From the NCBI GenBank assembly GCA_964106915.2, contig OZ066931.1: 64,000 nucleotides of DNA; one strand, written 5' to 3'. This document shows positions 56,968-64,000 of this stretch, one piece after another. The notes under the pieces were generated by a model. That model was not told the DNA's origin and ran no database searches. It saw only the letters and a list, made by a program, of their open reading frames with translations. Numbering within the stretch: the first letter of the stretch is position 1; every line of letters begins with the position of its first letter. The position numbers were made by a program, and so were the translations under genes. This DNA is from Podarcis gaigeae (Eukaryota).

Positions 56968-59900
56968 TGTGGTATACAACATGAGAATAAAATAACAAAA
57001 TGTCCATGAAAGCATAAACACAGATAAAACACCAGTCAACCCTGATTTGTTAAAAAAGAGAATTCATATTACAAAGATCTGGCTTAGAATGGTATGGTTT
57101 TCAAAAGACCTCTGGGCTAGTTCCTGCGAAACATCTACTGGCAGGGAGTTCCACAGAGCAGCGTCTGCGTCACTAAAGGTTTGGTCCCTTTTACTTGAGC
57201 AGTGGAGAGAAGCAAGGGGTTTCCTAGAAATGGAGGCACAGGATATAAACACACTTGAGGGCATTAAGAATAGCCTTGCTGGATCCGGCTACCCAGGAGG
57301 ACTCCCCTGCTCAGCGCCTGAGGGCCCCAGTCCTGCCACTCTCCAACTGGCCTAGGGCGGCGCTTGACGGGCTCCATAAAGGACTGCTGGCGCCGCTGCT
57401 GGGCAGAGTGGGCCCCGTTTTTCTTTTTTTAATTGCTGTTTTTTTTACCTTTGTCCTTTCAAACTGATATTAATGCTGTAATCTTAGTTTTAGATTTTGA
57501 TTTATGTGGAAATTGTTTTCCATTTGGTTGTGTATTTTTTTGATGTGGTTTATTTATGACTTTTGTAATTATGTCAATCTTGTCATGTTGTAGCCGCCCT
57601 GAGCATTGTTTTTAATTGTGGAAAGGTGGCATACAAATGAAATGCTGATGATCTCACAACCAGAAGCTTTTTGGAAGTCCAAAAGCAGGACCGGGCACAG
57701 CAGCAGTCTCTCCAGACGCCTGGCTCACTGCCTGTGTCGGTGGAGGCAGAACGTAGACATTGTGGCTTTGATAGGCTCCATTCTCCATGAACTTGCCTTT
57801 TAAAACCACCCAAGCTGGTGGCTGTCAATGCACCTTGTGGTAGCGGATTCCACAGTTTTAACTGTTCTGTGTGAAGAAGCGCTTCATTCTGGTCTGTGCT
57901 GATTTTCCACCCAGCTTCAGTTGCTGTCGTGTCGTGTGCCACAGGCTTGGGCATCTCTGCTCTGAAGGTCTTGTATAACATTTTTTCTATACATAGCATT
58001 GCTAATGTCAGGCTGTCGCTTTTGTGCCTGTCATGCCAGTGCTTGCTTCTTCTCATATAAGACGAACCATGATTGGAGAAAGCTTATGCAAACCTCCCCC
58101 CTCCCAATGGAGGCTCAGTTTGAGGATGAAAGATTCTCCTCCTCACACCCCCATGCCTTGTCTTTTCAGCAGCCATTTCTCTCTTCCAAAATCTCAGGTT
58201 CCTCTTTGCCTAGGAAAATGTCCCCTTTTCTGTCCTGGGCTTATCCAGCTCCCTTTGAGCTGCCCAGAAGCAACGTCCGTTGTTTTATACACTCGCGGTT
58301 GGCATTTCCAGGGGTGTGTAGGCAGTATGCCTATTGTTTGACTGGTTATTATGGGATACTTTCCTTCAGGGATTTTTTCCAAAGTAAGAAATGTTAGGAG
58401 AACGACAGGATTCAGGGTGGCTTTTCATATGCATCAAAAAAGGGAGAAAGTGATAGGATGGAAATGAGGTGGCTGGGGAGTTTGTGGAACATGGCAGGCG
58501 AGTCTCTCAGCTAATCCAACCACAGGCTGTGCGCGAGAGGCAGCTGTCTCCCTGCTCCTTGGAGGCAAAAGGATGGGAGCTGCTTCCTGGCAATAGAAAA
58601 GGGCGAGAGCCTAAATCATCCTAGTTGACAAACTTTCGTAAGCCACTTCTTGAGAGCACCTCCGGGCTATAAAGCAAGATACAGGTATTTCAGATGGGGC
58701 ATTTTATTGTGTAAAAATGAAATTGCCCAGAGTCCTCCAATAGGTAGACCCCAGGTCAAATCTTGCTTCATCCATGAGCTTCCTGGTTGGTCTTGGCAGG
58801 CCTCACTATTAAGCTTCCCCATTCTCATATGAGGATTGTTTGTGCAGTGGTGTAGCAGGGGTTGCCAGGGCCTGGGGCCACGCACAGGGGTGGATGGGAA
58901 GGAGGAAAAACGGATGCATGTGCATTCAACTGCCTAACGGCGTCGTGCCACCCAGGAGATCACAGAGAGATGTAGAGTCATTCCATTATCTGGAGAGGTC
59001 ACTTCCTGAGTCGCATGCAGCTGTAATGAGGCAGCACCTGGTGTTCAAATTTTGTGCCCGGGGTGTCTGCCCTTGTGCCCCCCCCCCAATGCTAAACCAC
59101 TGCATCTGTGTTTGCAAACTTGATGGGTCTGCATACTTGATGACTTGGTCGCTAAGCCATGCATTACTGCAGCAGGAAGGGCCCAGTCCTTGACCTTCAA
59201 AGCATGAGGACAGGGATTTTGCCCCTTGCCCAAGGTTCAGCCTCAGAGTAGGAGAGGGGTAGGGGCATCGTCACTATAGTTCTTCTCCTCTTGGGAAGCC
59301 CAGCATCAAATGGGTACCAGTTTCTGTGAGGTTTCTAGCTCTCAGGTTGGAAGGAAACATGGAGACTTGTCATGCTCAGCAGATGTGTATTTGCCATGCC
59401 AAGGGAAATTGTAGACCTCTGTATGTCATGCTGACCATCCCTTTAGAGCAGAAGTTTTCAACCTTTCTGAGCCTATGGCTCCCTTAACCAACTGCATTCT
59501 TTCTGTGGCACACCTGTGGGGCTCAGGAGCCCAGTTATGTCACTCCTTGTCTGCAGTGCTGGCAGCCTCTCACTCTTTTTAAAAACCCTCCCTTGTGGAG
59601 CGTTCCCTCAGCCTCCTCTCCTCTCCTCTCCCTCTCTTTGGGAGTCCTCCAGGCAGCCGCTTCTGCTGCCCCTGGTCTCTGAGCTAAAGAGGAATCCCAA
59701 AATTACTTCCTCGGATTCTGCAGTAGTGGTTTGCCTATCTAGTATTTTTGGCTGTGACAACTGTCCTAGAAATGGGTTGACACTGAAGTTTTGCAAGGTA
59801 GGTTAGGGAAAAGGGTCAGGAGAAAAGCCAGCTGACCATGTACAGGATGGGTTTGTCTGTACACACACATTAAGTCTTGTGTCAAGCTATTTCTCATTGA

Positions 59901-62900
59901 TGGATTGATTTCTCCTGTGTCCTCTAACCTTCTCTCGTTCTTCTCATTCAGCAACTGCAGCAAGCAGGGGTGAAAATAACAGATCTGGACACCAAAGGCG
60001 CTGGAGGTGAAGAAGAGAGTAAAGCACTGCAGGGTGAAGTGAAAAAACTGAAGGATGAGCTGGCCTCCACAAAGAAAGGTGAGAGACTTGGTGGAGTATG
60101 TTTAGCGCATGCCCCCCCCCCCCCAGTCCTGGCTGTAAAATGACCTTGTGTGGTAGATGCCACTGCCCAGTAACTTATAGGGAAAGGGCATGACCTATTA
60201 GAGACCCTGGACTATCCCTCTCCCCCCACATCCCAGTTGTGTACAGCTGGATCATCTGGGCTAGATGCCGACGAAAGGGTGATACACCATCTATTTATAC
60301 TTCTAGAACTGTACAGCCATGCGCCTTCCTCGTGTACAATCTCAGAATTCTGTCCCCCCTCCTCTCTCCTGCTTAAAAATACTTCACTTGGCACCAGACT
60401 TTGGGAATAGATGGACTGAGCCCTGAAGAGTTTGTTTGTAAACACTTTGGTTCTCTATAGTTGTGAGGATGCTCTTTTCCTTGCTCTACAAAGCAATGTC
60501 CAACTTTGGAAGTGGTCTCTTTAGTTATTGAACAGGGAAATGATGATGGGGACCACTAATTGGTGCACTCAGTTCTTCAAATCTGAATGTTTGGACACTG
60601 CACACACTGGCACACACTGGTATTCCCAGCCTGATGACCAATGCCCAGGCATGGTGGGAGTCCAGCAGAACCACAAATTCTCCATTCCTCTCTCTCCTGT
60701 CCCAGTTGACATGCAGCATAGGCTGATGTAGCACCACTTGCTCACATTGGTCCTAGGTAGCCTTCTGCGAAGTGGTTGATTCTGGCAGCAGTGTAGGTGA
60801 TGCTGCTCTGAGCTGTGGCGCAGAGTCAAGTGGAAAGTTCTCCTGCATAAGCCCCACTGGAATGGGTGGGAGATGTGTGAGAGCACAGTCACTTAGTGGG
60901 AAGAGAATGCTGCTGTTTGGTGCTGTTGGCACCATACTTCACCACTGCTAAACCCTTCCCTCCTGTCCTTGTGTCTCCTCCACAGTCAAATGTATTTATT
61001 TCTTTGATTTAATTAATGAATTGCTTCCCATAAAATATCTTGATCTGATTTCGCAGTAAAGACAATCAAACAATTCTGTATGTAAACTATTTTATACTGG
61101 CAAGCTCATACCCAACAATGATTGGGAATGCTAAGAAACGTCATCAAATTGAGTGCAATTTTGAAATCAGTGGTTAAAATCCACACTGTTTTGTAAGATT
61201 CAGCCTGCCATCTTGATTCAGATTGGCATCCGATAGATGAAAAACCTGTTACTTGACCTCAAGAACCATAATGCAGAATTGGATTACGGTATCTTCACAG
61301 TGTCCAGATGCATAGGAAGCAGACAAACGATTTTCCAGGTGTCTTCCAAGAAAATTGTATGTCTACTATAATTGTTTGTATAGTAGATACGCAAACAATT
61401 TAAAACCAGTACTGTGTGTGAAAAGAACTCCAACTCCAATACAACTCCAACTCCAAATAAACGTTGCAAGCTTTTTTAGGGTAGCAGGGCAGGGTCTTTG
61501 CACATTACTCTAAAACCTTGCAATGACATAATGGGATACTCTCTCCCCTCATGCTGCATGTATTTGAAAACACATACACACACGGGGGGGGGGGGGGGGC
61601 TACAGTTCTCAGTTGCAGTATCAACCAGTCTGAGCAGCTTCTCCAGGGCTCATTTCCAGAGCTGGCAAACTAGAGGGGTTGACATCAGTGCTGGAGGAAT
61701 CCTGGAGCTGGGAAGTTTTGGGTGTCAATTGCCCTTCCGACCTTCTCAGTTCTTGGTGGGCTTGTGTAACATTCCCAGCTTCTCTTTGACTCCCCCTTCC
61801 CCATGTGAATGGCACAGTGGCCAGGCAGGACTGTAACTGGTTGTGTACTGTGCAACACCAGCCACACAAGAAGTGCTCAATATACCTTTTAAGTTTATTG
61901 AATTATTTAAGGTTCCTGAATTATTATTTTGTGGCTCAGATTTCTTTCTTTGGGGGGGTGCAGGGGGTGTTTGGCTGTGCATGCCTGGGTTGAACTGATC
62001 TCTTGTCTCTTCTTCCAGTGTGCCCTCTTTTTGTATAGCTGTTGTAAGGGGTGCTGCGTTTTGTTCCTTCTCTCCAGTCTAACACCCAAATGGTGCTAAT
62101 TGTTAAGCCACAGAAAACCTGCCAAATTTGGCACAACTTGTTCTTCTGGCCCAGAAGCTCTCTGTTTCTTTAGCACGGTGGTCCTCCACAAGGGAAGTGT
62201 CCCATGTGCTGGATCAGGCCAATGGCCCATTTATTCCAGCATCCTGTTCTCTCAGTGGCCAACCAGATGCCTGTGGGAAGCCTCCAAGCAGGACCCGGGT
62301 GCAACAGCAGCCCTCTCCCCTGTTGTGATTTCCAGCAACTGGCCTCTGGCAATGGAAGTGAAATGGCCATGATGGCTAGCAGTCATAGATAGGCTGATCC
62401 ACCACAAACTTGTCTGATCTTCTCTCAAAGCTCTCCAAGATTGTAGCCATCACTACTTCTCAGGGGAAATAATACAATAGCTTAACTATGTGCTATTTGA
62501 AGCCAGTGAGGAAAGTGAAGGAAGGAGCATCTTCCCAATTTTCTGAGTCTTCCTTAAGGATCCTCAAAGCCTTACAGGTCTGCATCTGACAGAAACCAGT
62601 CTTGGGTGTCCCTCTCTTCCAGTGATGCTAATGCTGTCATGGGACATGCGCCAGTTGCTCTCTGACTGTCTGCATCCGGAGCCTTGGAAGCGCAGGAGGT
62701 GCAGCTTGCATTTGGCGCCAAATGCAAGCTTCAGGATGGATCTGGTCCCAGAGGGGCTTGCACTTGGCACACTAAATTTAAATTCAGCGCTGACCACGAG
62801 CTCGACTTTCGGCACAGATTGGCTCTGCTTGGAAAACTCTGCTGTGCCGTTGATGGCCAACATGCAAAAGACCCTGAATGCAAGCTCCTCTTGCCAAGGA

Positions 62901-63962
62901 GCAACTGAGAGTGCACCTTTAGGCTCCCAATTGTTCCTTTGCAGATGTGGCTTTACCTGCACCACACCTGAAGTCATAGGTGACTCCAGATGTGGCAGAA
63001 ACTACCCTGTGGGCCCAATTAGGGCCTCTGGTGGCTCTGATTTGTTGTGGGGGCTGGAGGTTCCCCTCCCATGATAGCTTGTAGGAATCTTGAGAAGCAG
63101 AACTGGAAGTGACTCAGGGAATTGTTTGGGTTAGGGTTCTGGTTCTCCACTCCCGCAATAAACCACTGGTGAATGTTAGAGGTGATTTGGACCAGGGAGC
63201 ACAGTCCTAATTCAGAACAAAAATTTGGATGAGAGCTTATTGAGAATAGTTGAAATGTGCTTGTGGTGACATGATCCAGTCAGTTATTTCAGGCTTGCCT
63301 AGTACTAATTGCACTCTAGAACCACCATCCATGTCTTTGAGCGTTACTTTTTAAAATTCTGTCTATGCTGGTGGTCAAGCACAAACCTTGCAGTGGGCAA
63401 AGTGGCAATTGAGAAGCAGCCTAGCTTATTGTCCAGTGATCTCAACTTTGAAGACAAGAGGGAAATAAGTGGCTAAGCTTTATAGCATCCTCATTTGATA
63501 GCCACAGCTGATGGGAACATGGCTGCAGCCACCTTAAGTTATTTTGTAAACTGTCCTATGATCTTTGGATCAAGGCAGGCATACAAATTTTATTAAGTAA
63601 GTGCTAGAAATCAAACTACTCACCTCAGTCCTTTCATGGAGTTGGAAGTCAGAGGAATGAACTTGGTGGAAGATCACAGCTCCTTCTCTGATCCGAAAGT
63701 CTGTGGTTTTCTATTCCTGGAAAACCAGGATTTGCAGTGATCCATTTTTTACACACAGACACATGCATGTGACTTGGCTTGCTGTTGCCTGATTATCTGG
63801 GTCAGTGTAGAGATTGCTCTAACCTGTGCTTTTCTTCCTCCTTTACCCCCCCCCCCCCCAGCACTGGAAAAGGCGGAGAACGAGGCCCTGGCTATGCGCA
63901 AACAGGCCGAAGGACTCACCAAGGAGTATGACAGACTGATGCATGAACACACCAAGCTCCAG
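34978..63962 (+). CDS. BCAP31: B-cell receptor-associated protein 31 (BAP31), 3'-partial (last exon outside window)
   Basis: Six coding exons (92+101+148+136+127+101 nt) splice in frame: MSLQWAAVATFLYAEV...WQKIFKSRLV...KLFRAQRNLYIAGF...KYMEENDKLKK...KDELASTKK...LEKAENEALAMRKQAEGLTKEYDRL. Adjacency to ABCD1 distinguishes it from BCAP29. Confidence 0.95.
37030..37130 (+). CDS. BCAP31: BCAP31 coding exon 2
   Basis: RWQKIFKSRLVKIMLAYGNTFFVVLIVILVLLFL; AG/GTGAGT boundaries; 101 nt. Confidence 0.95.
37672..38513. mobile_element. Tc2/pogo-like non-autonomous DNA transposon with internal tandem duplication
   Basis: TIRs CCGTATTTTTCGC / GCGAAAAATACGG with a TA TSD; gcaaaaatcctgaggatccatgtggatctgtgctttgtaa occurs twice. 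Confidence 0.85.
38590..38752 (+). repeat. L2 3' end with compound (GAT)n(AAT)n(AGC)n microsatellite tail
   Basis: gcccagagtggctggggaaacccagccagatggg terminus followed by triplet runs. Confidence 0.8.
38802..39165 (+). mobile_element. Full-length young Sauria SINE
   Basis: Complete body, (ACCTTT)n tail, 13-bp TSD tatggcaatgtat (38787-38799 / 39166-39178), CpGs retained. Confidence 0.92.
42745..42892 (+). CDS. BCAP31: BCAP31 coding exon 3
   Basis: DAIREIRKYDDVTEKVNLQTNPGAVEHYHMKLFRAQRNLYIAGFSLLMS; 148 nt. Confidence 0.95.
43394..43737 (-). mobile_element. Sauria SINE
   Basis: Reverse complement of the same SINE body. Confidence 0.88.
44287..44332. repeat. (TG)n(CG)n alternating purine-pyrimidine tract
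   Basis: Direct observation. Confidence 0.95.
44771..44905. mobile_element. Palindromic hAT-type MITE
   Basis: Near-perfect inverted repeat; 8-bp TSD atctagac/atctagag. Confidence 0.88.
44942..45800 (-). mobile_element. L2-clade LINE 3' fragment (second subfamily) interrupted by a Sauria SINE
   Basis: GLGPSYLRDYL...ALVVPG|PKEVRSASTRARAFSALAPAWWNALS; (CAA)n tail on +. Confidence 0.8.
45342..45699 (-). mobile_element. Full-length Sauria SINE nested in L2
   Basis: 15-bp TSD cccgggaccactagg (45327-45341 / 45700-45714). Confidence 0.92.
46322..47039 (-). mobile_element. L2-clade LINE, 5'-truncated (same family as 24234-25105)
   Basis: Near-identical ORF2 C-terminus with a small deletion near 46800; (TTA)n tail. 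Confidence 0.9.
47147..47388. mobile_element. Tigger/pogo-like MITE, copy 1
   Basis: TIRs CAGTGGTACCTC / GAGGTACCAGTG with a TA TSD. Confidence 0.85.
47425..47650. mobile_element. Tigger/pogo-like MITE, copy 2 (inverted relative to copy 1)
   Basis: TIRs CAGTGGTGCCTC / GAGGTACCACTG with a TA TSD; interior is the reverse complement of copy 1. Confidence 0.85.
48276..48413. mobile_element. Palindromic hAT-type MITE
   Basis: Inverted arms; TSD atctagat/atctaggt. Confidence 0.85.
49664..49900 (+). mobile_element. tRNA-derived squamate SINE (Squam3-like)
   Basis: tRNA-like head gtgtggtgttgtggttgagagcggtggactcgtaatctgg; L2-like 3' end tttgagactcc...aaagcgggatatc. Confidence 0.75.
51099..51234 (+). 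CDS. BCAP31: BCAP31 coding exon 4
   Basis: FLLRRLVTLISQHATVLASNEAFKKQAEGASDAAKKYMEENDKLKK; 136 nt. Confidence 0.95.
52005..52245 (+). mobile_element. tRNA-derived squamate SINE (Squam3-like)
   Basis: Same family as 49664; A box TGGTGTAGTGG, B box GGTTCG. Confidence 0.8.
53865..54094. mobile_element. Tigger-like MITE, CpG-rich
   Basis: TIRs CAGTCATACCTTGGGTTG / CAACCAGAGGTGCCACTG, TA TSD, internal ggttgcga repeats. Confidence 0.75.
55868..56026. mobile_element. Short MITE with GGCTGTGTACAC termini
   Basis: ggctgtgtacac ... gtgtactcagcc inverted ends; related degraded copy at ~12840-13005. Confidence 0.55.
56932..56968. repeat. (TA)n(GA)n microsatellite
   Basis: Direct observation. Confidence 0.9.
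58845..59102. mobile_element. Degraded hAT-like element
   Basis: Inverted ends CAGTGGTGTAGC / GCTAAACCACTG; TSD is degenerate. Confidence 0.5.
59952..60078 (+). CDS. BCAP31: BCAP31 coding exon 5 (linker + start of vDED coiled coil)
   Basis: QLQQAGVKITDLDTKGAGGEEESKALQGEVKKLKDELASTKK; polypyrimidine tract + TCAG acceptor, GTGAGA donor; phases fit the neighbouring exons. Confidence 0.9.
63862..63962 (+). CDS. BCAP31: BCAP31 coding exon 6
   Basis: ALEKAENEALAMRKQAEGLTKEYDRLMHEHTKLQ; poly-C acceptor, GT donor at 63963; 101 nt. Confidence 0.95.
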
Positions 63963-64000
63963 GTGCCAGGGGAGGGAAGTGGGGTTGCAAATATCTGTTC

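Noticed and set aside
60525-60935. Cys/Trp-rich minus ORFs with a vague kringle-like WEYQCVPVC
   Set aside because: Cysteine spacing does not fit, there are in-frame stops and no convincing splice sites
62564-63074. Overlapping 137-aa (minus) and 150-aa (plus) ORFs; SVPKVELVVSAEFKF faintly recalls a TGF-beta prodomain
   Set aside because: Several ORFs of this length are expected by chance in 64 kb; no partner exons, signal peptide or cystine-knot exon found. An HMMER/tBLASTn search would settle it.

Overview
Vertebrate genomic DNA, almost certainly a squamate lizard and probably a lacertid (Sauria SINEs, squamate tRNA-SINEs, L2/CR1/L1 LINEs and hAT/Tc-mariner MITEs). It carries two divergently transcribed genes. 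(1) A complete 10-exon ABCD1 (peroxisomal ALDP half-ABC transporter) on the minus strand, CDS join(22417..21479, 18098..17918, 14590..14448, 11963..11795, 8259..8165, 6422..6277, 5716..5571, 5342..5258, 4462..4337, 2785..2581) = 2235 nt / 744 aa, all introns GT-AG with consistent phase. (2) BCAP31 on the plus strand: a non-coding exon 1 in a CpG island near 32 kb, then coding exons at 34978-35069, 37030-37130, 42745-42892, 51099-51234, 59952-60078 and 63862-63962; the last exon lies beyond the window. Introns and the intergenic gap are dense in transposons, including several nested insertions with intact target-site duplications. I found no convincing new protein-coding system, and most long ORFs in the track are antisense shadows, transposon fragments or chance. 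The most notable points are: the two promoters are ~9 kb apart rather than shared as in human; the first caspase-8 site of BAP31 is absent; ABCD1 has a cluster of upstream ATGs; palindromic MITEs carry ZNF143-like motifs; BCAP31 introns contain hairpin-forming inverted MITEs and a perfect 28-bp palindrome; and a 5S-rRNA-derived fragment lies next to ABCD1 exon 2.
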